DNA from: an uncultured Pelagibacteraceae bacterium
GTDB lineage: Bacteria; Pseudomonadota; Alphaproteobacteria; Pelagibacterales; AG-422-B15
DNA: 64,000 nucleotides
Assembly: GCA_902554325.1 (NCBI GenBank)
Contig: CACDOH010000002.1
Coordinates: 72,275-136,274 of the forward strand
Reading direction: 5' to 3'
The notes beneath the pieces were generated by a model. The model made no database searches. It saw only the letters and a list, made by a program, of their open reading frames with translations, and was not told the origin of the DNA. The translations under genes and the position numbers were made by a program. This document shows positions 19,313 to 28,093 of the stretch, in pieces. The first letter of the stretch is position 1. Each line of letters opens with the position of its first letter.

Positions 19313-20764
19313 ATGGAAAATAGCAATCATTTTAATGTCATTGTAATTGGTGCTGGAATATCAGGAATTGGTGCTGGATATTATTTAAAAAAGAATTGTC
19401 CAAACAAATCATTTTGCATAATCGAGGGAAGAGAGAATATAGGCGGTACATGGGATTTGTTTAAGTATCCAGGAATAAGATCAGATTCTGATATGTTCAC
19501 ACTTGGCTACGCTTTCAAACCTTGGAAAGAGCAAAAAACAATTGCAAACGGACCTTCAATTTTAAATTACTTAGAAGAAACTGTTGAAGAAAATAACCTA
19601 CGCGAAAAAATAAAGTTTAGTCATAAAGTCTTAAGTGCTAATTGGAATTCAGGCAGTCAAAAATGGGAGGTAAGAGCTGCTCATCATGAGCAAGAAATAC
19701 TGTTAACGGCTAATTTTCTTTTCATGGGAACAGGATATTATAATTATGATGAGGGATATACGCCTGATTTTAATGATCTAAATAAGTATGAAGGTAAATT
19801 AATACATCCTCAGAAGTGGCCTGAAGATTATGATTATACAGATAAAAAAATGGTTGTAATTGGCAGTGGCGCAACAGCAGCTACGATAATTCCTGAATTG
19901 TCTAAAAAAGCGAAACATGTCACGATGTTGCAGCGCTCACCGACATACTATTTCCCAAGTCCAGACGAAGATAGATTTGCAAATTTCTTAAAAAAAATAC
20001 TGCCATCAAAAATGTCTTATACAGTTGTAAGGTTACGGAATGTATTTTTCCAGCAACTTCTGTATAGAATTTGTCGATCATACCCTAAATATGTAAAACG
20101 AAAACTCATAGATGGAGTAAAAAAATTATTACCTAATCACGATATCTCAAAAAATTTTACTCCACGATATTATCCGTGGGAGCAAAGAATGTGCCTTATT
20201 CCAAATGGCGATTTATTTGAGTCTATACGAGAAAATAGGGCATCAGTAATTACAGATCAGATTGACCGGTTTACATCCAAGGGTATTACACTAAAATCAG
20301 GACAAAATATTGAAGCTGATGTTGTAGTAACTGCAACAGGATTAAATCTACAATCCTTTGGTGGCGTACAAGTGCATATTGATGGAAAGTTGGTTGAGCC
20401 CTCTGAAACCATGACTTATAAAAGTATGATGTTCAGTGGAATTCCAAATTTTGTAAATTCTTTTGGTTATATTAATGCATCTTGGACGTTGAAAGCAGAT
20501 TTAACCTGTGAATATGCTTGTCGTTTAATAAATTATCTTGATAAAAATAACTACAGTCATTGTGTGCCAAGGGTTCCTGTGGATGTGAAAGCTGAAAAAG
20601 ATTGGCTAGCAACCGAGTTTTCATCAGGATACATTCATAGAGCTATACATTTATTTCCCCAACAAGGCAGCAGGTCACCATGGGTAAACACACAAAATTA
20701 TTTTAAAGATTTTTTTGGTATTAAATTTGGTCGTCTGAATGATGACTCTATCCACTTTTCCTAA
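19313..20764 (+). CDS. flavin-dependent Baeyer-Villiger-type monooxygenase (EthA-like)
   Basis: VIGAGISGIGAG; GGTWDLFKYPGIRSDS; BVMO fingerprint YEGKLIHPQKWP (FxGxxxHxxxWP with Y in place of F); second Rossmann VIGSGATA. Confidence 0.8.
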   Translation: MENSNHFNVIVIGAGISGIGAGYYLKKNCPNKSFCIIEGRENIGGTWDLFKYPGIRSDSDMFTLGYAFKPWKEQKTIANGPSILNYLEETVEENNLREKIKFSHKVLSANWNSGSQKWEVRAAHHEQEILLTANFLFMGTGYYNYDEGYTPDFNDLNKYEGKLIHPQKWPEDYDYTDKKMVVIGSGATAATIIPELSKKAKHVTMLQRSPTYYFPSPDEDRFANFLKKILPSKMSYTVVRLRNVFFQQLLYRICRSYPKYVKRKLIDGVKKLLPNHDISKNFTPRYYPWEQRMCLIPNGDLFESIRENRASVITDQIDRFTSKGITLKSGQNIEADVVVTATGLNLQSFGGVQVHIDGKLVEPSETMTYKSMMFSGIPNFVNSFGYINASWTLKADLTCEYACRLINYLDKNNYSHCVPRVPVDVKAEKDWLATEFSSGYIHRAIHLFPQQGSRSPWVNTQNYFKDFFGIKFGRLNDDSIHFS

Positions 20765-22404
20765 GCGTCAGCATTTTTAGCCATTTCTCTTAGCTCATAC
20801 TTCAATATCTTTCCAGTTGAAGTTTTGGGTAGCTCAGTAAATATAACTTTTTTAGGACACTTAAAGCCAGCAAGAGTTTCTTTACAAAAAGATATTATGT
20901 CTTTCTCTGTTACATTGTCGTCCTGACTTTTTAGTTCAATAAAAGCACAGGGAGTTTCGCCCCATTTTTCATCAGGTTTGGCAACTACTGCAACAAAAAG
21001 AACTGATGGGTGTTTGTACAATGTATTTTCTATCTCAACTGAAGATACATTTTCTCCGCCAGATATAATGATATCTTTACTTCTATCTTTGATCTGGACA
21101 TATCCATTAGGATGCATCACTGCTAAATCTCCAGAATGAAACCAGCCGCCTGACATTGACTTATCAGTTTCTTCTTTATTTTTAAGGTAACCTTTCATAA
21201 CACAATTACCTTTAATCATAATTTCACCAATTTCTTCACCATCATTTTTGACCTCTTTCATGGTCTCTGGATTCATAACCGTAAGGCCTTCCATCATTGG
21301 AAATTTTACACCTTGCATTGATCTCAATTTTGATTGTTCCTCAACTGATAATTCATTCCATTCATCTTGCCATGCACACATCGATACATGACCATAAGTT
21401 TCAGTTAATCCATACACGTGCGTTACATCAAAGCCCATTTGTTGAACTGCTTCAAGGGTGGCTGCAGGTGGTGGGGCTCCGGCGGTAACAACATTAACTT
21501 TATGAGAATAGTCTCTTTTTTCATCATCAGTCGCTTGAGCTATAAAGTTTAATACAATAGGCGCCCCTCCGAAATGCGTGACTTTGTGATCAGCTATTGC
21601 ATCAAAAAGATTTTTTGCAGATACATATCGTAAGCATACACTTGTTCCTGCTAGGGCAGTTAATGTGTATGGATTACCCCAGCCATTACAATGAAACATC
21701 GGGACTACCCACATGTAAGTTGGATGCATTGCCATGCTAAATGCTGTAACTGAACCTAATGCCATTAAATATGAACCTCGATGATGGTAAACTACACCTT
21801 TAGGAAGACCTGTGGTTCCCGATGTATAATTAAGAGCAAGTGAATCCCATTCATCTTCTGGCAAACTCCATTCAAAATTTTCGTCACCAGTTTTAAGGAA
21901 CTCTTCATAATTTAGACTTCCAAGATTTTCTCCGGCACCTTCAGGATGATTAGCAAGCTCATCATCAATATCTATAACCAAAGGTTTAGTTTTTATTTTG
22001 TTTAACACTTCCTTCATGGTAGGTGAGAGTTCATTATCAGTGATTACTACTTTTGCTTCTCCGTGCTCAAGAATATAAGAAATGGTATCTACATCTAATC
22101 TAATATTAATTGTATTAATTATCGCTCCAATCATAGGAATTCCATAATGAGCTTCGTAAATTTCTGGAGTATTAAAACATAAGACTGCAACTGTATCACC
22201 TTTACCAACACCTTTTTTTGTGAGAGCGCTAGCTAGCTGCTTACTTCTCTTAAAAGTATCTGACCATGTATACTTTTTAGAACCATGAATAATTGATAGT
22301 CTATTTGGATAAACTTCAGCCGATCTTTGTAAAAAACTTAATGGAGAAAGTGGCGTGAAGTTAGCGTGATTCTTGTCTAAGTTAGTATTATACATATCAG
22401 TCAT
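20761..22404 (-). CDS. AMP-forming acyl-CoA synthetase (short/medium-chain, AAE7-like)
   Basis: YTSGTTGLPKGV, GWFHSGDLA, DRSKDIIISGGENV, PKTSTGKI. The start overlaps the fhs stop by 1 nt (TAATG). Confidence 0.85.
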   Translation of the reverse strand: MTDMYNTNLDKNHANFTPLSPLSFLQRSAEVYPNRLSIIHGSKKYTWSDTFKRSKQLASALTKKGVGKGDTVAVLCFNTPEIYEAHYGIPMIGAIINTINIRLDVDTISYILEHGEAKVVITDNELSPTMKEVLNKIKTKPLVIDIDDELANHPEGAGENLGSLNYEEFLKTGDENFEWSLPEDEWDSLALNYTSGTTGLPKGVVYHHRGSYLMALGSVTAFSMAMHPTYMWVVPMFHCNGWGNPYTLTALAGTSVCLRYVSAKNLFDAIADHKVTHFGGAPIVLNFIAQATDDEKRDYSHKVNVVTAGAPPPAATLEAVQQMGFDVTHVYGLTETYGHVSMCAWQDEWNELSVEEQSKLRSMQGVKFPMMEGLTVMNPETMKEVKNDGEEIGEIMIKGNCVMKGYLKNKEETDKSMSGGWFHSGDLAVMHPNGYVQIKDRSKDIIISGGENVSSVEIENTLYKHPSVLFVAVVAKPDEKWGETPCAFIELKSQDDNVTEKDIISFCKETLAGFKCPKKVIFTELPKTSTGKILKYELREMAKNADA

Positions 22405-24071
22405 TAAAATAATCCTTCAATTTCACCATCATCATTTAAGTGTATCGCATTTGCAGCGGGAATTCTAGGCAGACCAGGCATGGTCATTATTTTATCACAC
22501 ACCACTACAAGAAATTCAGCTCCAGCTGCTAATCGTATTTCTCTAATTGGAACTATGTGATCCTTAGGAGCCCCTCGCAAATTCGGATCTGTTGAAAAAC
22601 TGTATTGAGTTTTTGCAATACAAATAGGGTAATGACCATAGTTTTCCTGCAGCTCATCGAATTGTGTTCTTATTTTTTGATCTGCAATAATATCTTTTGC
22701 TCCATAAATATCTTGTGCAATTTTCTGAACTTTATCCCACAGTTTCATTTCATTAGGGTAAAGGTGCTTTATTTTTGGATTTTCCTCAGTTGTTACATCT
22801 ACAATGTGTTGCGCCAAGGTTTCTGCCCCAGCTCCACCATTGCTCCAGTGAGTACAATTAAACGATTTAATGCCAAGCTCATCACAGCATTCACTGATTA
22901 TTGAGAGTTCATTATCAGTATCGGTTATAAAATGATTAATTGCTATAGACACAGGAACTCCATATTTTTTCATATTCGAAATATGTTGTTGCAAGTTCGA
23001 TAGACCTTTCCTCAAGGCGTCTAGATTTTCATTTTTCAGTTCCTTTTTATCCATGCCGCCATGCATTTTTAAAGCCCTTACAGTAGCTACAATGACTATT
23101 GCAGAAGGATTTAAATTTCCTTTTCTGCATTTTATATCTAGAAATTTTTCTGCGCCAAGATCCGCTCCAAATCCAGCTTCTGTTACTACATAATCGCTTA
23201 GCTTAAGAGCAGTTTGAGTTGCTATAAGTGAATTGCAGCCATGCGCAATGTTAGCAAAAGGACCGCCATGAATGATTGCAGGATTTTCTTCTAACGTTTG
23301 AACTAGGTTTGGGAGAAAAGCATCTTTAAGTAGAGTCGTCATTGCTCCATCTGCATTTACGTCACGAGCTTTGATTTCTTTTTTATCTCGTGTGTAACCA
23401 ATGATAATATTGCCAAGTCTTTTTTGCAGATCACTTAGACTTGTTGATAAACAAAAGATCGCCATTACCTCAGAAGCAACTGTAATATCAAACTTATCTT
23501 CTCTGGGAAAACCGTTTGCTATGCCTCCAAGATTTATATTTGTATTTCGCAAAGCTCGGTCATTTAAATCTACAACTCGACCCCAAACTATTCGCCTTGT
23601 ATCTATATTTAGATCATTTCCCCAATAGATGTGATTGTCGATCATAGAAGCAAGCAGGTTATGAGCAGATGTGATTGCATGAAAATCACCTGTAAAATGA
23701 AGATTAATCTTATCCATTGGGACCACTTGAGCATAGCCACCTCCAGCAGCTCCACCTTTAACGCCAAAACAGGGACCTAAGCTTGGTTCTCTGAGGCATA
23801 CCAATGATTGTTTGCCTATTTTATTGAGTGCATCGTTCAAACCCACTGAAGTAGTAGTTTTACCCTCACCCGCAGGAGTTGGTGAAATGGCTGTAACTAA
23901 TATCAATTTTCCATTTTTGTTTTGATTTTTCAATGTGTTGGTATCAATTTTTGCAATATGATGGCCAAACTTTTGAAGGCTATCTTCCTCAAGTTTTAGT
24001 TTTGAGGCTACCTTTTCAATTGGTACCATTTGATTTTTTCTTGCTATTTCAATGTCTGATAGAACATCCAT
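22404..24071 (-). CDS. fhs: formate--tetrahydrofolate ligase
   Basis: [34 protein letters not shown]; full-length at 555 aa. Confidence 0.95.
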   Translation of the reverse strand: MDVLSDIEIARKNQMVPIEKVASKLKLEEDSLQKFGHHIAKIDTNTLKNQNKNGKLILVTAISPTPAGEGKTTTSVGLNDALNKIGKQSLVCLREPSLGPCFGVKGGAAGGGYAQVVPMDKINLHFTGDFHAITSAHNLLASMIDNHIYWGNDLNIDTRRIVWGRVVDLNDRALRNTNINLGGIANGFPREDKFDITVASEVMAIFCLSTSLSDLQKRLGNIIIGYTRDKKEIKARDVNADGAMTTLLKDAFLPNLVQTLEENPAIIHGGPFANIAHGCNSLIATQTALKLSDYVVTEAGFGADLGAEKFLDIKCRKGNLNPSAIVIVATVRALKMHGGMDKKELKNENLDALRKGLSNLQQHISNMKKYGVPVSIAINHFITDTDNELSIISECCDELGIKSFNCTHWSNGGAGAETLAQHIVDVTTEENPKIKHLYPNEMKLWDKVQKIAQDIYGAKDIIADQKIRTQFDELQENYGHYPICIAKTQYSFSTDPNLRGAPKDHIVPIREIRLAAGAEFLVVVCDKIMTMPGLPRIPAANAIHLNDDGEIEGLF

Positions 24072-24265
24072 TACTTCACCTCTTAAATTTAAGTCTAGAC
24101 AACTTAAGAATTTTAATTCGTGGAGTCTACAAAAATGTATTGTAATACACCTAAATTTTAAATAGATTTCTCACTAAGGAGACTCAAAGAACGTTGCAAA
24201 ATTAAGCCAAGCAGCGTTACTTAATAATCGCGTGGCTTAAGCGTATACACTTAGAATTTTTAATT

Positions 24266-25006
24266 ATGGGAAATGTGAATTTTTCATTAGAGGTGACTAC
24301 GCGGACCAACTTGTCTGAGCTACCCAAGCTTAATGATATATATGTAACATTCTTACCGGGTACAAGTTACAAGGACGTCATTGAACAGACAAAAGCTTTA
24401 TCAAAATCAGGTTTTAATGCAATTCCTCACTTTCCAGCTAGATCAATAACTGATTTAGACATGCTGAAAGATTATGTAGGTCAAGTTAAAGAAGCTGGCG
24501 TTAAGCAAGTATTAATAATTGGAGGCGATAGAGATATTCTTGGCAATTATCACTGTTCACTTCAATTAATTGAAACAGGTTTATTCGATGGAATGAAAAT
24601 TGGTATAGCTGGTCATCCCGAGGGATCTCCGAATATGAGCGATCAAGCAATAGATGAAGCAATGAAATCTAAATCTTCATTTGCAGATTATATTGTTACG
24701 CAATGGACACAGGATACAAATGCATTATCTGAATTTGTTAACGAAGCTCCATTGCCCGTTCATGTCGGCCTTGCAGGACCAGCCTCAATGAAAACGTTAA
24801 TAAAATTTGCTGGTTTCGTAGGATTAAAGAATACACTTAGCTTTGCTAAAAAAAATGCATCGAAAATTTTTGATTTATTGACGGTACAAACACCGCATGA
24901 TGTAATTAAAGAATTAAAAGGTAATGTAGATAATTTTCACATTTATGCATTTGGTGGAATAAAAAAAACAAGCGAATGGCTACAAAAGGAGAACTACTAT
25001 GTCTAA
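24266..25006 (+). CDS. methylenetetrahydrofolate reductase-like protein (short form)
   Basis: SLEV..YVTFLPG, PHFPARSI, LIIGGDR, GIAGHPEG, YIVTQ and VGLAGPAS follow the MTHFR fold blocks. Only 246 aa. Overlaps the next gene by 8 nt. Confidence 0.65.
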   Translation: MGNVNFSLEVTTRTNLSELPKLNDIYVTFLPGTSYKDVIEQTKALSKSGFNAIPHFPARSITDLDMLKDYVGQVKEAGVKQVLIIGGDRDILGNYHCSLQLIETGLFDGMKIGIAGHPEGSPNMSDQAIDEAMKSKSSFADYIVTQWTQDTNALSEFVNEAPLPVHVGLAGPASMKTLIKFAGFVGLKNTLSFAKKNASKIFDLLTVQTPHDVIKELKGNVDNFHIYAFGGIKKTSEWLQKENYYV

Positions 25007-26342
25007 AAAATTAGAACACAATACTACAGTTGATCAAAGTGATCGTCATGTGCCTTATAACTTACGTCAAAGTGGACCAACAAAAGTTGAAATGCTGATT
25101 TCTACAAGAGTCAGAAAATCACCTTATTGGCATAAATCAATGGAAGCTGGATGCTGGAGAGCAACAGTTTACAATCGTATTTATCATCCCAGGGGATATG
25201 TAAAGCCAGAAGATGGTGGAGCAATGGTTGAATACGAAGCAATTAAAAACCACGTCACTATGTGGAATGTTGCTGTTGAAAGACAGATATGTGTAAAAGG
25301 ACCTGATGCAGAGAAATTTACAGACTATGTTATTACTAGAGATGCAACAAAAATATCACCTTTAAGAGCAAGATATGTAATTCTCTGTAACTATAAGGGT
25401 GGAGTTTTAAACGATCCGATTCTTTTGAGAATTTCTAAAGATGAGTTTTGGTTTAGTTTATCAGACTCAGATATTGGTCTATATCTTCAAGGTGTGAATG
25501 CTGACAAAAGATTTAATGTAGAAATTGATGAAATTGATGCATGTCCAGTTCAAATTCAAGGACCAAAAGCTGCCGCATTAATGAAAGATTTAGTTGGTGA
25601 TCAAGTAGATCTCGACAACATTCCATTTTATGGACTAGCAGAAGTTACTGTTGGTGGTCGCAGCTGTGTTATCTCGCAGACAGGTTTCTCTGGAGAGTCT
25701 GGATACGAAATCTATTTGAGAGATGCGACTCTTTATGCTGATGATATGTGGGATGCAGTTTTGGAAGCTGGCAAAAAGCATAACTTAATGGTAATTGCCC
25801 CGGCCCACCACAGAAGAATTCAAGCTGGAATTCTATCATGGGGTCAGGATATGGATCATGAGCATAATCCATTCCAGTGCAACTTAGGATACCAAGTATC
25901 ATTATCTGGAAAAGGAGAATGGGAAAAGAAAGGTGACTATGTTGGAAAACAAGCTCTTGAGAAGATGAAAGCTGATCTTGCTGACGGTCACAAGCCTTAT
26001 AAATTACAACTAGTTGGTTTTGAACTAGAAGGTAAACCAATTGAAGAATATGCGCCTGACTTCTGGCTCGTATCTCCTGGCGATGGTGGAGATCCATGTG
26101 GTTTCATTACATCTCCTTGGTACCATCCAGAAAAAGGAAAAAACATAGCAATGGGTTATGTCCCTTTTGACGGCTCTTTGAATTCCAATGGATTCCCAAA
26201 ATGGGAGCTTGGAAAGAAATATAAAATTCACCTACCAGATATTTATGCAGACACACCGGGTGAACCAGTAGATGCAGTGACTGTGGATGTGCCGTTCACT
26301 GAGTCATTCAATGCAAATACAAGGGAAGTAGTTAAAGGTTAA
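24999..26342 (+). CDS. GcvT-fold aminomethyltransferase-family protein (THF-dependent demethylase candidate), 447 aa
   Basis: MWNVAVERQICVKGPDAEKF, GGVLNDPILLRISKDEFWFSLSDSD, CPVQIQGPKA and SQTGFSGESGYEIY are GcvT/DmdA-family blocks. Confidence 0.8.
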   Translation: MSKKLEHNTTVDQSDRHVPYNLRQSGPTKVEMLISTRVRKSPYWHKSMEAGCWRATVYNRIYHPRGYVKPEDGGAMVEYEAIKNHVTMWNVAVERQICVKGPDAEKFTDYVITRDATKISPLRARYVILCNYKGGVLNDPILLRISKDEFWFSLSDSDIGLYLQGVNADKRFNVEIDEIDACPVQIQGPKAAALMKDLVGDQVDLDNIPFYGLAEVTVGGRSCVISQTGFSGESGYEIYLRDATLYADDMWDAVLEAGKKHNLMVIAPAHHRRIQAGILSWGQDMDHEHNPFQCNLGYQVSLSGKGEWEKKGDYVGKQALEKMKADLADGHKPYKLQLVGFELEGKPIEEYAPDFWLVSPGDGGDPCGFITSPWYHPEKGKNIAMGYVPFDGSLNSNGFPKWELGKKYKIHLPDIYADTPGEPVDAVTVDVPFTESFNANTREVVKG

Positions 26343-26354
26343 ATTTAAATAATT

Positions 26355-26381
26355 CTGGCGTCTTAAATAAGAAGACGCCGG
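26355..26381. terminator. bidirectional hairpin between convergent genes
   Basis: CTGGCGTCTT-AAATAA-GAAGACGCCGG: 10-bp stem with one G-U. GC-rich island in an AT-rich spacer. Confidence 0.5.
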
Positions 26382-26386
26382 AGTGA

Positions 26387-26881
26387 TTAAGATTTGTGCT
26401 GGACGTATAGCTGGTGATAGCACACTTTGCCGTTCTTCTCGATAAAGTCCTGATGATATTCCTCTGCAGGGTAGAACTTAACAGCTTCTCTTAATTCTGT
26501 GGCTACCTTTCCTTGATGTTCACCTGAGTCATCAATTTGTTTTATTTTTTCTTCAGCAATAGTTTTTTCATTTTGTGAATTATAAAATATTACAGACTTA
26601 TATTGCTCCCCAATATCCGGACCTTGTCGGTTAAATTGAGTGGGATCATGTATAAAAAAAAATTTATCTAGAAGTGCTTCATATGTAGTTTCTGAGTCAT
26701 CATATTCAATTTCAACAACTTCAATATGACCTGTGGTTCCTGAACAAATAGTCTCATACGTAGGATTATCAGTGTGACCACCTGCATATCCTGATATAAC
26801 TTTTTTGACACCTGGGATTGCTTCAAAGAGCACTTCAACCCCCCAAAAACATCCGGCTCCTAAAACTAATTTTGCATTCAT
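26387..26881 (-). CDS. msrA: peptide-methionine (S)-S-oxide reductase
   Basis: GAGCFWGVE active site, GYAGG, HDPTQ.NRQG.D.G.QY. Confidence 0.9.
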   Translation of the reverse strand: MNAKLVLGAGCFWGVEVLFEAIPGVKKVISGYAGGHTDNPTYETICSGTTGHIEVVEIEYDDSETTYEALLDKFFFIHDPTQFNRQGPDIGEQYKSVIFYNSQNEKTIAEEKIKQIDDSGEHQGKVATELREAVKFYPAEEYHQDFIEKNGKVCYHQLYVQHKS

Positions 26882-26956
26882 TACTTAACATAAAAGTTTT
26901 TTTATATATGTTAAAGATCAAAATTAATAATATTCCAACTAATATTCATACTTGCA

Positions 26957-28093
26957 ATGAAAAAAGAGATAAACATTGGCAAACTTTCTAGTGTGAAGAT
27001 TTGGATAACCAATGCTCATAAAAGTAAGAACAATTGGTCAAATACTAAAAAATTTATCTTTATAAAAATAACAACGACTGATGGAGTTGAAGGGTGGGGA
27101 GAAGCATTCTCCATTCATCTCAGAGAAAAGGCAATTGCAACAATAATAATTGAATTGTTTAAAGAAATATCAGAAATTAAAAACTTATCATTAAACTCAT
27201 TTTATAATAAAATATTTTTTCTTAGAGATGACCATGGAGGATTAGATTTTAGTTCTGCTACAAGTGCAATTGAAATTGCACTATGGGACATAGCTGGCAA
27301 ATTGAAAAATCTCCCTTTGAATTGCTTATTAACAGATAATCCTAAGCCTGATGTATCTATTTATGCTACGTGTTGGAGTGATCTAAAAAAAGATGAGGAA
27401 AATTATTTACATCAAGTAGAAAAATATTTTGAAAAAAAATATGGAGGTATTAAAATTTACCCATTATTTGAAAACACTTCAAACTCAGTTAAGTTTGTCG
27501 ATCGAGTAAGAAAAATAGTGGGAATGGAATACCCTCTCATGCTAGACTTAGCCATACCTAAAGATTTAGATCAAACAAAGACCTTCTTAAAAGAGGTATC
27601 TTTTTTAAAGCCTTATTGGATTGAAGAGCCGGTTGATGGAGAAAATATTAGCCTACTTACCGAAATTAAAAATGATTTTGATATGAGAGTTGTGACTGGC
27701 GAAAAACAGAGTGGTCTCCCTCATTTTAAAGAAATTATTAAAAGAGATGCGGCAGATATACTTAATCCTGACATTTCAGGAATAGGAGGAATTATTGATA
27801 TGTTTTACGTTTCAAAGGAAGCTTTAAATAATAATATCTCTATTTCTCCCCATTGTTGGAATTCTATGTCTGTATCAGCATCCGCAATGCTTCATGTTTG
27901 TTCAAGTATCCCAAATTCCGAAAAGGCAGAAATATTTCCTGATTATATTGAATTCTCAAAAGAGTTTTGTGAGCTGTCTTTTAATATCGTAGAGGATAGA
28001 GCAATACTTAATCAGTCTGCTGGACTTGGAATGGTAATTCATGAAGATATTTTGTCAAAGTTAAGCACTTATAGGATGGATGAAAAAAATTAA
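26957..28093 (+). CDS. enolase superfamily (mandelate racemase / muconate lactonizing enzyme family) protein
   Basis: EIALWDIAGK; metal ligands in LMLDLA, WIEEP and TGEKQ; ADILNPDISGIGG; HCWNS. Confidence 0.75.
   Translation: MKKEINIGKLSSVKIWITNAHKSKNNWSNTKKFIFIKITTTDGVEGWGEAFSIHLREKAIATIIIELFKEISEIKNLSLNSFYNKIFFLRDDHGGLDFSSATSAIEIALWDIAGKLKNLPLNCLLTDNPKPDVSIYATCWSDLKKDEENYLHQVEKYFEKKYGGIKIYPLFENTSNSVKFVDRVRKIVGMEYPLMLDLAIPKDLDQTKTFLKEVSFLKPYWIEEPVDGENISLLTEIKNDFDMRVVTGEKQSGLPHFKEIIKRDAADILNPDISGIGGIIDMFYVSKEALNNNISISPHCWNSMSVSASAMLHVCSSIPNSEKAEIFPDYIEFSKEFCELSFNIVEDRAILNQSAGLGMVIHEDILSKLSTYRMDEKN

Noticed and set aside
24072-24265. Known folate/C1 riboswitch class (ZTP/pfl, THF, glycine) upstream of fhs or the MTHFR-like gene.
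   Set aside because: None of the consensus cores I remember are present (ZTP CCGCCTGGGC-type pseudoknot, glycine GGAGAG...CACCG tandem, THF junction). Only generic competing hairpins are there; these are reported separately at low interest.
26885-26914. Inverted repeat TTAACATA-N14-TATGTTAA in the msrA / enolase-family divergent spacer, as a regulator site.
   Set aside because: An 8-bp all-A/T-rich inverted repeat is expected by chance in spacers of this composition, and I noticed no second copy.
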